Source: Sedimentisphaerales bacterium (GTDB taxonomy: Bacteria > Planctomycetota > Phycisphaerae > Sedimentisphaerales > Anaerobacaceae). Taken from it: 61,999 nt of DNA. Below are positions 33,849 through 42,164 of the stretch, one piece after another (position 1 is the stretch's first letter; every line of letters starts with the position of its first letter). The notes below the pieces were generated by a model. It searched no databases, was not told where the DNA came from, and was given only the letters and a program-made list of their open reading frames with translations. The stretch is taken from NCBI GenBank assembly GCA_035529475.1, contig DATKWR010000836.1, positions 1 to 61,999 of the forward strand, written 5' to 3'. Both the position numbers and the translations under genes were made by a program.

Positions 33849-34870
33849 CCCAAAGAAGCCTATGGTGGCCGACCGACGGGACGGGCGACGGTTCTGTTGA
33901 CGGATATTCAATGGATGATGTCACACGGGACCAGGGGATTAGATGGAATCCGGCCTACACGGACGCGGCGATGGGAGCCGGAATCTTCGATCCCCACGGG
34001 GTGTTTTTTGAGCATCTGAATGCGTTAGTGTCCACCGTGGTAGTAGGACCGCCGGATGACATTCAGATAGACACTGGCGCGGGAATTGTCCACGGGTTCC
34101 TATACGAGAATGACGCGCCGGTTCTGTTCCGACCATTCAATCCGGCGGGCGTCACCGGTTGGCTGGTCGTTTTGCGGGTCGACTGGAATGCGCAGACGGT
34201 TCGCCTGGCGCTTTTACAGAGCGCCGATGGCGTGGCTGGACCGCCGAATCCAACGCAGACGGACGGCGTGGTTTGGGAAATCCGGCTTATCAGGGGGACT
34301 GTTGCGCCTGGCGGGGCCATCACCACCTTGACCGCCTGGCGAAGGTATGTCGACGCGATAGCGCCCATCTTTCGTGTGAAAGAGTACATCCCTTGCGTCA
34401 CTGCAATCAGGGCTGGGGCGGAAATAGTGCGGTCAACGATGGCGGGCTGGGACTTGCTCAATGGTTTCACGACGGATTGCTATGGGAATTGGTCAGTTCC
34501 TATTGAGGCGGTCAATCTCGGCTTTGGTCAGGCAGGGGTTATGTTCTGGGCGGTCCTCACGGGGCCGGATTTGAGTGGCAATGTCGTTCTGACCAACCGT
34601 GCCCAGTGGGGCGCAAATGGTGTGGCATATAATAGCGGCACCAGCGGTGGTGGAAACGAAACAGAAACTTATCCCGGCGGGCAGCAGATACTCGAATGCT
34701 GCCCACATTCCATCATGGGGGCCGTGCCGCCAGTTGTCGCAGGAACATCGAGAGTATCCCTTCGTTTCCAGCGTTTGGGCGCTGACGCGGCGGACACGCT
34801 GCCGCGCACAGTCTATTTCCACGGATGGATTGCAGAATATCTAATACAGTTCACGCGACATATGGCATAG
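33845..34870 (+). CDS. tail tip / receptor-binding candidate, tandem paralog 1
   Basis: The track ORF is trimmed to ATG 33845, which has an ATGA overlap. MTQRSLWWPTDGTGDG...LNALVSTVVVGPPD...VVLRVDWNAQTVRLALLQ is colinear with the 34887 ORF. Confidence 0.55.
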   Translation: MTQRSLWWPTDGTGDGSVDGYSMDDVTRDQGIRWNPAYTDAAMGAGIFDPHGVFFEHLNALVSTVVVGPPDDIQIDTGAGIVHGFLYENDAPVLFRPFNPAGVTGWLVVLRVDWNAQTVRLALLQSADGVAGPPNPTQTDGVVWEIRLIRGTVAPGGAITTLTAWRRYVDAIAPIFRVKEYIPCVTAIRAGAEIVRSTMAGWDLLNGFTTDCYGNWSVPIEAVNLGFGQAGVMFWAVLTGPDLSGNVVLTNRAQWGANGVAYNSGTSGGGNETETYPGGQQILECCPHSIMGAVPPVVAGTSRVSLRFQRLGADAADTLPRTVYFHGWIAEYLIQFTRHMA

Positions 34871-34886
34871 ACGAAAGGAAAGAAAT

Positions 34887-35873
34887 ATGACACAGAAAAG
34901 CATCTGGTGGACGACGGATGGGATGGGGGATGGCAAGGCGGGGGGCTACCCGTCCGATGACATAACCCTTTGGCAACGAATCAAATGGACGGCGACTCCA
35001 GCACAGTTTGGCATCTTCTATGATTATCTCAACGCGCTGTTGAGCACCGTAGTGGTGGGGCCGCCGGATTATATCACCGTCGCAAGCGGCGCCGGCATGT
35101 GCTATGGATACCCATATCGAAACACCTCTCCCGTCATCCTCATGCCGAACACGCCGAACATTGGTCCGACCGGAGCGGCGGTCGTGTTGCGCGTAGATTG
35201 GTTGACACAGACTGTCCGCCTGGCGCTCTTGCAGAACACCGACGGCCTCATAGCGATACCGGCGGTGACACAATCGCCGGGCGTCCGTTGGGAAATCCAA
35301 CTGGCCTCGGCGGTCGTGTCGACGGATGGGACTATTGCCCTGACGGATACGCGCCACTTCATTATCCCTTCACATCCCGACTTGGCGCAGCAGTTCTTCA
35401 TTCCCTGCACAAGTGCAACCGTTGGGGGCGTAAATGTCACCCGCACGTCCGATGCGGGCTGGGACATGGCCGATGCCGTGCAGACCCTGTGCTACGGCAA
35501 CTGGAGCGTGCCCAGCAACGCGACTAATCTGGCGGCGGGCGAGACGGGTATCATCATAAGAGGAATCCTTGCCGCCGCAGGCGCAGCAGGAAATGTCCAG
35601 GTCCAGAACAACGTAGCCTGGGCAGACGCGGGGCTTGCGTACAATAACGGGATTCTGGCTTCTGCCTGGAATGCGGAAGCCTATGGCGGGGCCCTAGTCA
35701 TACTCGAATGCAGAACCATCATCGTGATTGCACCACCCAACGTCAATGCCGGCACAAGTCGCGTGTCTCTGCTATTTCAGCGTGATGCTACCCATATCAA
35801 TGACACATTGGCAGCCACGATCTATTTCATGGGTTGGGTCGCGGCATTCGACCAGCACATAGGAGATCACTAA
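34887..35873 (+). CDS. tail tip / receptor-binding candidate, tandem paralog 2
   Basis: 328 aa. MTQKSIWWTTDGMGDG...LNALLSTVVVGPPD...VVLRVDWLTQTVRLALLQ. Confidence 0.55.
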   Translation: MTQKSIWWTTDGMGDGKAGGYPSDDITLWQRIKWTATPAQFGIFYDYLNALLSTVVVGPPDYITVASGAGMCYGYPYRNTSPVILMPNTPNIGPTGAAVVLRVDWLTQTVRLALLQNTDGLIAIPAVTQSPGVRWEIQLASAVVSTDGTIALTDTRHFIIPSHPDLAQQFFIPCTSATVGGVNVTRTSDAGWDMADAVQTLCYGNWSVPSNATNLAAGETGIIIRGILAAAGAAGNVQVQNNVAWADAGLAYNNGILASAWNAEAYGGALVILECRTIIVIAPPNVNAGTSRVSLLFQRDATHINDTLAATIYFMGWVAAFDQHIGDH

Positions 35874-35876
35874 TAC

Positions 35877-36995
35877 GTGCCACAAATCTGGGAAGTGCGA
35901 ATCAAGAATCAGGCCGGAACTGTTCAGGCCATACTAACTGGACAACGTGACGGATTTACAGGTTTCTCGTTCACGCAGCGGGTGAACAGCCCCGGCGCGT
36001 ACCTGCTCTACTTTATGAAGCGCGCGACCCAGACCGATGCGGATTTCCTGACGAGGGTGGGCAAGACCGCCGGCTGGTTCGAGCTGGACGGCCAGGTGGA
36101 ATTCTGGCGCAGATGGCCGGAGATGGGCATAGACAAGCAATTGGTGGGGACATTTCTGCAGCTTGACTGGGAATGGTATATCACCGTCGAGGACGGGTTG
36201 ATGTTCTATAGTTCGGGGCGGGGACCTGTTGACCTGTTGGGAAGGCCCATCATAGACGCGGCGGCGGGGACCACCACAGCAGACAAGGCGGGCCCGGCGG
36301 AGAGTGTCATCAAAGAGTACATCACCGAACAGAAGGCACGCGGAGCAACTTCGCTGGCGAACGTGGCGATTGAGGCCGACGGCGCGGGCGGCAACGTAGA
36401 CACGTGGAAGCGGGGACACCGCAACCTGTTAGAGATTGTGCAGGAGATAGCCAAGGCCGGGGGCGGCGACTTCGATGTGATTCCCACGACCCCGGCCAAT
36501 TGGGAGTTCCAGTGGCATGACGGCCAGTTGGGAACGGACCGCTCGATAGGTTCCGACAGGGTGCGGTTCGCCTACGATCTCGGCAACATGCGCCAACCCA
36601 GACTCAAACTGGCACACCATGACGAGATCAACGCGGTACTTGTCGGGGGTCAGGAATCAGGCACAGCTCGGGAGCGTGTGTGGCGCACCGACGCCGCAAG
36701 GATGATAAGTAGCCCATGGAACCGCCGGGAAGTGTGGCGTGACCAGAGGCAGGAGGACGAGACGGCGGGGTTGGAAACGGCTGGCGACGAGACCCTGGCG
36801 GAGGGCAATCCAACGGAGGACCTGACCTTCATTCCTGTGCAGATTCCGAGCGCTTTATTGGGATATCACTATCGTCGGGGCGACCTGGTGCTGGCTGAGT
36901 TTATGGGCCACACGGCGGTCAAGAAGGTGGTCGAGACGACATTCACGTTCAACCGCGACGTGCAGGAGATCAACGTGGAGTTGGAGGATGCGTAA
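35877..36995 (+). CDS. minor tail protein (Sipho_Gp37-like)
   Basis: 372 aa with a GTG start. The call rests on position and general resemblance to ReqiPepy6 Gp37-type tail proteins, which is weak evidence. Confidence 0.4.
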   Translation: MPQIWEVRIKNQAGTVQAILTGQRDGFTGFSFTQRVNSPGAYLLYFMKRATQTDADFLTRVGKTAGWFELDGQVEFWRRWPEMGIDKQLVGTFLQLDWEWYITVEDGLMFYSSGRGPVDLLGRPIIDAAAGTTTADKAGPAESVIKEYITEQKARGATSLANVAIEADGAGGNVDTWKRGHRNLLEIVQEIAKAGGGDFDVIPTTPANWEFQWHDGQLGTDRSIGSDRVRFAYDLGNMRQPRLKLAHHDEINAVLVGGQESGTARERVWRTDAARMISSPWNRREVWRDQRQEDETAGLETAGDETLAEGNPTEDLTFIPVQIPSALLGYHYRRGDLVLAEFMGHTAVKKVVETTFTFNRDVQEINVELEDA

Positions 36996-38031
36996 TCTCA
37001 CGGGCGACATAAACAAGGACATAGCCATTCTGAACCGGCGCATAGAGCATCTAGAGACGCTGGAGTCCTATATGCTCTGGGCGCGCGGGATTGGTTGCCA
37101 GCATATCGCTCCGCCGGTCGAGGGCAAGGGCATCTGCAATGGCGACTTCGAGTGCGGGCCGACCAGGGAATATCCGCTCTGCCAAGATTGGATTCCCGAA
37201 AACGATTACGTCACGCGAGTCACGGGCGGACTGTCGGGCAACTGGCGCATCATGGGTGGACAGGTGGGCACCGGCGCGGGCGGGTACGTCCTCAGTGACA
37301 AATTTCAGCCCGTGGATGAGAATCGGGAATACTATCTCACTGCAGCTTTCATCGCCACGGACGCCGCAGCCACAGTGGATTTCGGGGTCTACTGTTACGA
37401 CGCCGCTAAGGTGTTCATTGGAAGCATCTGGCCGCTCGATGGCTGGGCTCCCGGACAGGATTGGGACCGCAGGCAGCTCGACATCGGGCCGGTCGGCGAT
37501 ACGAAATGGCTTGGTGGCACGCGGTATGCTAAGGTCATAAGCAATCTGCAGACGAACGCAGCGCTCACGGACGCCTGGTGTTACATCGATCACGTGAGAT
37601 TCCATGAACTCGACAAAACCTACAGCCCGCTGATACGACTGATGGATGACTGGACCATAGATGATACGCTCAGGGATTTCACGGTCGGAGTATCGATCTA
37701 TCCGACTTCGACGCTTACACTCACGCTAGAAGAACCGGGTTATATTTGGTTCACTTATCACTTATCCAGCCACAGAAACATAACCAATGCGCGAGCGTTC
37801 TCTCATACGTTTTGGCCCACAATAGGCGGCGCAGCCATTTCCGTATACGGATCGACTTTCGGTCAATCTGTGGTCAATGATTATCACGATCTCGACATTA
37901 CGGGCCGGACACAGAACATTCTCGCCAGGGGCGTTTATAACCTTGATCTGAGAATCCAAGTCATGAATGCGGCAGATACCGTGCAGTGTCAATATCTGAT
38001 AGGTACCGCATTCTACACGAGGGCTTGGTGA
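36988..38031 (+). CDS. tail fibre-like protein with an N-terminal coiled coil and a jelly-roll/CBM-like domain
   Basis: 347 aa. DIAILNRRIEHLETLE is followed by NGDFE..W..Y..A, a pattern seen in CBM_4_9-type domains. Confidence 0.45.
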   Translation: MRNLTGDINKDIAILNRRIEHLETLESYMLWARGIGCQHIAPPVEGKGICNGDFECGPTREYPLCQDWIPENDYVTRVTGGLSGNWRIMGGQVGTGAGGYVLSDKFQPVDENREYYLTAAFIATDAAATVDFGVYCYDAAKVFIGSIWPLDGWAPGQDWDRRQLDIGPVGDTKWLGGTRYAKVISNLQTNAALTDAWCYIDHVRFHELDKTYSPLIRLMDDWTIDDTLRDFTVGVSIYPTSTLTLTLEEPGYIWFTYHLSSHRNITNARAFSHTFWPTIGGAAISVYGSTFGQSVVNDYHDLDITGRTQNILARGVYNLDLRIQVMNAADTVQCQYLIGTAFYTRAW

Positions 38032-38561
38032 TGAAGCGGATCATCTGCATTGTGTTTCTGGCCGTGGTGTTCCGCGCAAGCGCGCAGTCGGACAACCTCA
38101 CGATCTGTGGAGAGGTCCGAAACGTCGACGGTTCGGGCGTCACCGGGGCGACCGTCAAGCTGCAGTACGGAGACCTGGCCAAGCAGACACTTATTGGTAT
38201 GGACGGAACCTGGTGCTTCGTGATCCGCAGGTTCACGGACAGGTACAGCCTGTACCTATCATTGCCCGCGGACTGTGTGAGCCTGGGGGCGAGCGCGCCG
38301 TGGGAACTGAGCCCGGTATCCGACAACGATTACGTGATAGGCATTGTAGTTCCGGCGGACATGCCAGAGGCCACCGGGATAGTGTTCGCCATAGAGTGCG
38401 GAGCGACGCCCACGAACACGCCTACCATTCTAGCAACCGATACGCCAGTGACGGTCGTGGGAACGATGCGGATACGGCTCAGCGGTACGGGGGTTATCGA
38501 GGTGCTATCGAACGGGACAATCAGATTCGTGAATTGGGATCTCACAATCATCGAGGAGTGA
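38031..38561 (+). CDS. signal-peptide protein with a CarboxypepD_reg-like domain
   Basis: Trimmed to ATG 38031. MKRIICIVFLAVVFRASA|QS is followed by ICGEVRNVDGSGVTGATVKL and a TP-rich linker. Confidence 0.55.
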   Translation: MKRIICIVFLAVVFRASAQSDNLTICGEVRNVDGSGVTGATVKLQYGDLAKQTLIGMDGTWCFVIRRFTDRYSLYLSLPADCVSLGASAPWELSPVSDNDYVIGIVVPADMPEATGIVFAIECGATPTNTPTILATDTPVTVVGTMRIRLSGTGVIEVLSNGTIRFVNWDLTIIEE

Positions 38562-38564
38562 TCT

Positions 38565-38846
38565 ATGCTAAACGGCAAACCGAACTGGTCGAACATCCGG
38601 GCTGCGCTGTACATCGTTGTCTTGATCGCGGCCATGGCCACGGGATGGGCAACATTGAGAGCTGATGTATCTGCGAATACCAGAGACATTGAGGAGGGCA
38701 ATGAGGAAAGAAAAGACGTTATCCTGTTACTCACGGAAGTGCAGGTGCAGATAAGGGGATTGGAGGTGGGCCAGGGAAACATGCAAAGTCAACTTGCGAT
38801 TATACAAAGGGAGTTGGGCGATTTGCGGCAGAGACTATCCGAATGA
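38565..38846 (+). CDS. single-TM protein with a coiled coil
   Basis: 93 aa with the TM segment IRAALYIVVLIAAMATGWATL followed by a heptad-like helix. Confidence 0.55.
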   Translation: MLNGKPNWSNIRAALYIVVLIAAMATGWATLRADVSANTRDIEEGNEERKDVILLLTEVQVQIRGLEVGQGNMQSQLAIIQRELGDLRQRLSE

Positions 38847-39682
38847 GCGTAGTCCTAAAACGCGAGATCTCCTACACGAGCCGCCGGGACATGTTCAGGC
38901 TGGTGTTCCTGTCGGATATACACCTCGGATCAAAGCACTGCGATGAACGGCTGTTAAGGGAGACGGTCGAATCCATCAAGCGCAGCAAGAACGCCTTTTG
39001 GATCGGACTTGGGGACTATTGTGAATGGATCAACGTGAGGGATCCCCGCTACCAGGAATCGGAGACGGCCAGTTGGCTTTGGGGCGTCGACGACAAGGCG
39101 GAGGAACAGAAGAGGCGGATCCAAAGCAGATTAGAGCCGATAGCGGACAAATGCGTCGGCCTGATTGAGGGGAACCATGAGTTCGCCATCAAGAAACACA
39201 CGGAGAGGGATGTCTTTCGGGGACTCGTGGAGGGTTTCATCAAGACCCGGCGCGAAAAGGGCATCACGGAGCCGTTGGGTCTGGGGCCGGACGGATTCAT
39301 CCGATTGATCTTCAGGCGCAGCGAAAAAGGCGCAACCTGGACGTGCGACGTGTACGCCACGCACGGAGCCGCCGGAGGCAGGAAGGCCGGGGCCAAGGCG
39401 CTAAGGCTTCAGGATTTGCACAGGACGCACGAGGCGCATATAATAGTGATGGGTCACAGTCACGAGCCCCTGGTGCTGCCCGCGGAGATTCGGCTGAGGG
39501 CGGGCAGAGGACCGAACGCACTAGCGAGCGTCACGCACTCGGTGAACGCGGGCTGTTTCCTGGGCACCGAGGGGGCGGGGTGGCCGGAATACGCCCGACG
39601 CAGGGACTATCCCCCGTCATTGGCGAGCGTGGTCGAGGCATGGATAGAACCCGACAAAGAGCGGGTGAGGATCATAGCGTAA
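38843..39682 (+). CDS. calcineurin-like metallophosphoesterase
   Basis: 279 aa with motifs LSDIHLG, GLGDY, GNHE, THGAAGG and GHSHE in canonical order. Confidence 0.85.
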   Translation: MSVVLKREISYTSRRDMFRLVFLSDIHLGSKHCDERLLRETVESIKRSKNAFWIGLGDYCEWINVRDPRYQESETASWLWGVDDKAEEQKRRIQSRLEPIADKCVGLIEGNHEFAIKKHTERDVFRGLVEGFIKTRREKGITEPLGLGPDGFIRLIFRRSEKGATWTCDVYATHGAAGGRKAGAKALRLQDLHRTHEAHIIVMGHSHEPLVLPAEIRLRAGRGPNALASVTHSVNAGCFLGTEGAGWPEYARRRDYPPSLASVVEAWIEPDKERVRIIA

Positions 39683-39814
39683 AGGAGAATCGGAATGACT
39701 CTACAGGAAGCGTTGCAATGGGTGCTCATCGGCAGCGGGGCTGGCTAGCCTACGCCATCATTGGCTGGATTCCGGCCCTGAAGAACCTGAAGGATGACTA
39801 TCCCATTGGAGTAG

Positions 39815-40276
39815 ATGGATGATCAAGGGAAGATAATCACGATGGAAGATGCTATGGATGTAGCCAGATATTTCCTTGCAATCGTTTGTGAAGAAGAGGG
39901 TGATTTTATCACTAACCTCAAGCTTCAAAAGCTACTCTATTATGCCCAGGGATTCCATTTGGCAATCCTAGGAAGTCGGCTCTTTGATGAAGAAATCTAC
40001 AGGTGGATGCATGGGCCAGTAGTCCCCGAAATCTACCGCGCATTCAAGGAATATGGGGCTGGGCCAATTGCTTGTCCAAAGGAAGCATTGTCTCAATTGC
40101 CAGACGAAACAAGGCAAGTCCTGGATGAGGTTTTTGCTGTCTATGGTCAATTCACTGCCTGGACTCTGCGAAACATGACACATACTGAGCCTCCATATTG
40201 TGAGGCGCGAGCAGACGGCATAATCTCGACGAAGGGAATGGAGAAGTTCTTCAAGACCCGACTCATTGAGCAATGA
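39815..40276 (+). CDS. DUF4065 / Panacea (SocA/GepA-like) domain protein
   Basis: 153 aa. VARYFL..ITNLKLQKLLYYAQGFHLAILGSRLFDEEIYRWMHGPVVPEIY is a close match to the DUF4065 core pattern. Confidence 0.75.
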   Translation: MDDQGKIITMEDAMDVARYFLAIVCEEEGDFITNLKLQKLLYYAQGFHLAILGSRLFDEEIYRWMHGPVVPEIYRAFKEYGAGPIACPKEALSQLPDETRQVLDEVFAVYGQFTAWTLRNMTHTEPPYCEARADGIISTKGMEKFFKTRLIEQ

Positions 40277-40797
40277 CGTCTCGCAAGAACCGAATCAAAC
40301 GGCGCAAGGTATCAGATATGGAGGAACTTCCTATGAACGAAAGAGAGAAGATGATTCTTGTTGAGCTTCAAACGCAACATGAAGAAGCCCTCAGGGCTTG
40401 GGATAGCCTTGACAACAAGTTGGTCTCCATCTTTATTGCCGCGGGCTTCATTTTCGCCTTGTTCGTCGCCCTCAAGCCCGCAACTGGCTTGTGGGGTTGG
40501 GTTCAGTTCGCAGCCTATCTTATTATGCTAGCCTTGACCCTGGTTGGTTTGTGGCCACGAACCACTCGGTCGCCTATCCGACTTGACTGGGAAACGATCT
40601 GGAAAGAATACTTGTCTGAAAGCGATGAGAATGCTTATAAGCAACTGGTGAGCGATTATCTGTACGCGCTTTCGGCGAATAACCGACTCGGCCACTTCAA
40701 ATCTCGGGTGCTGATGGTTTCAATGATTTTATTGACCATCCAGGTTTCGGCAGTGCTCATCACTCTAGCGGTTGCGTTAGCTGCAAAAGCATGGTAG
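40273..40797 (+). CDS. 3-TM membrane protein translationally coupled to the Panacea-like gene, a candidate membrane toxin/effector
   Basis: 174 aa with an ATGA overlap. The TM segments are VSIFIAAGFIFALFVAL, VQFAAYLIMLALTLVGLW and MVSMILLTIQVSAVLITLAVALAA. The N-terminus is basic. Confidence 0.55.
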   Translation: MTSRKNRIKRRKVSDMEELPMNEREKMILVELQTQHEEALRAWDSLDNKLVSIFIAAGFIFALFVALKPATGLWGWVQFAAYLIMLALTLVGLWPRTTRSPIRLDWETIWKEYLSESDENAYKQLVSDYLYALSANNRLGHFKSRVLMVSMILLTIQVSAVLITLAVALAAKAW

Positions 40798-40827
40798 AAT
40801 AGGCTTAGCATATTGGGAGGTTGAGAC

Positions 40828-41088
40828 ATGGCGGAGTTCTCATTATGGGGTCTGGGAGGCATGGTTCTGGTCACTGGCATCATGGAGGTAATCAAGTATT
40901 GCTTTCCCAAACTGAAAGATCGTTGGACTGTCGGTGTGTCAGTCGCGGCGGGCGTCGGGCTATCTTGGCTTGCCCAAACCGCAAAACTCTACCCGGAGGC
41001 CGCGACCGTGATTAACGTGACCGGTGCTGGTCTTCTAGCCGGGTTCGCAGCCTGCGGCTTCTTTAGCGGACTCAAGAAACGATCCTAG
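40828..41088 (+). CDS. holin-like 3-TM protein
   Basis: 86 aa with three hydrophobic helices and a basic C-terminus (KKRS). SD GGGAGG upstream. Confidence 0.5.
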   Translation: MAEFSLWGLGGMVLVTGIMEVIKYCFPKLKDRWTVGVSVAAGVGLSWLAQTAKLYPEAATVINVTGAGLLAGFAACGFFSGLKKRS

Positions 41089-41137
41089 CAGAAACAGCGC
41101 GAAAGCGCTGACCATACTCCTCCTTTTCACAGGGAAG

Positions 41138-41172
41138 GGCGGCGTCTCACCGGCGCCGCTCTTCTCGTTGTC
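41138..41172 (+). terminator. intrinsic terminator candidate at the end of the late/accessory block
   Basis: A GC-rich stem pairs 41138-41146 with 41152-41160 (core GCGGCG/CGCCGC) around a 5-nt loop, then CTTCTCGTTGTCTGT. A smaller hairpin CAGCGCgaaaGCGCTG lies at 41095-41110. Confidence 0.55.
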
Positions 41173-41191
41173 TGTGATGCGTCACGGAAAT

Positions 41192-41207
41192 GTCAATAAA
41201 AATTGAC
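41192..41207. promoter_or_regulatory. perfect palindrome GTCAAT-AAAA-ATTGAC, candidate operator
   Basis: Read directly. It lies about 35 nt upstream of the -10 element of the XRE gene promoter. Confidence 0.45.
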
Positions 41208-41217
41208 GCATAGGGGC

Positions 41218-41246
41218 TATACAAGTTGGATAATGTATGCTATAAT
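41218..41246 (+). promoter_or_regulatory. sigma70-like promoter with extended -10
   Basis: TATACA, a 17-nt spacer and TGcTATAAT (41241-41246). It lies about 30 nt upstream of ATG 41276. Confidence 0.45.
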
Positions 41247-41275
41247 AGCAGTGAGATGAAGGATGAGGAGGGTTC

Positions 41276-41494
41276 ATGAACTTCGGCAGAGCCGTAAGGA
41301 TAATGCGTACCGCGCGGGGAATGACCCAGGCGGAACTGGCGGAACGCGTCGGCTCCAGCCAGAGGATTATCAGCTTCATCGAGACCGGCCTGGTCAGGGC
41401 GACGGACGAGACGGCAGCCAAGATTCAGAAGGTGCTGGACTTTTCCCCGGCCTCGGATGAGGCGCTAAAGGTACTGGTCAAGGACGCCGACTAG
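41276..41494 (+). CDS. XRE-family (Cro/CI-type) helix-turn-helix regulator
   Basis: 72 aa. RTARGMTQAELAERVGSSQRIISFIETG is a canonical HTH_3 pattern. Confidence 0.85.
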   Translation: MNFGRAVRIMRTARGMTQAELAERVGSSQRIISFIETGLVRATDETAAKIQKVLDFSPASDEALKVLVKDAD

Positions 41495-41515
41495 CGACGG
41501 CGGCAAGGAGGCACC

Positions 41516-41767
41516 ATGACCAGCGCATTCACGAACAATCCATTCAGTCTGGAAGCCAAAGCCGAGCGCTTCGCTACCTATCACGGGATCGGCAGGCGTT
41601 CTGGCCAATCTTGGATTGAGGCCGTCGAGGAGGACTTGGAGATTTGCAGACCGACGGACCGTTACCACGCTTATCGATGCGCCCTCTGGCGCAGGATCGT
41701 GAAGAGGGCCAATGCGTGGGCGGCAAGGAGGACAGATGCTCGTCAAGGCACGGAATCTAGGGCATAA
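41516..41767 (+). CDS. hypothetical protein
   Basis: 83 aa with CAAGGAGGCACC before the ATG. Confidence 0.6.
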   Translation: MTSAFTNNPFSLEAKAERFATYHGIGRRSGQSWIEAVEEDLEICRPTDRYHAYRCALWRRIVKRANAWAARRTDARQGTESRA

Positions 41768-41960
41768 GGTCCTGTTAGCGGATGGACGTACCGGGACCAT
41801 ATGCGGTTGGGGAGAGCCGGGCAAACGCGGAATCCGAAAGGCGTCTCGTCGCAGAGCTATGGCCAGTGGTAGCCCGCATCTATTGATCGACATGGGCTTC
41901 ATCCTCGGTGGACATGCAACCGAATGGGTGCCGATGGATCAGATTATCGAATATGTCTGA
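41736..41960 (+). CDS. hypothetical protein
   Basis: Trimmed to ATG 41736, which follows CAAGGAGGACAG. 74 aa. Confidence 0.5.
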   Translation: MLVKARNLGHKVLLADGRTGTICGWGEPGKRGIRKASRRRAMASGSPHLLIDMGFILGGHATEWVPMDQIIEYV

Positions 41961-42003
41961 TGGGTGGGTGCCACGGGGCGCCCCGCAGGCCGAAAGGAGC
42001 AAT

Positions 42004-42150
42004 ATGAAGTGGTCGGACCGGCCATCATCGAGGAGCATCAGCGGGGCACTGGTCGTGCCCATCAGACTGTTGGTGATCGCGGTCGCTATCGGATTGGCGT
42101 GGTGGCTCGGCGAGCATTTCGTCTGGCAGATGTTTCGCAACCCGTGGTGA
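42004..42150 (+). CDS. small single-TM protein (48 aa)
   Basis: ATG follows GAAAGGAGCAAT. The TM segment is ALVVPIRLLVIAVAIGLAWWL. Confidence 0.45.
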   Translation: MKWSDRPSSRSISGALVVPIRLLVIAVAIGLAWWLGEHFVWQMFRNPW

Positions 42151-42164
42151 AAGGGTGAGCATTC

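Noticed and set aside
33845-35873. A diversity-generating retroelement acting on the duplicated tail-tip genes.
   Set aside because: No reverse transcriptase or Avd-like ORF is present anywhere in the window. I saw no near-identical template/variable repeat pair, and the paralogs differ throughout rather than at adenine-specific positions.
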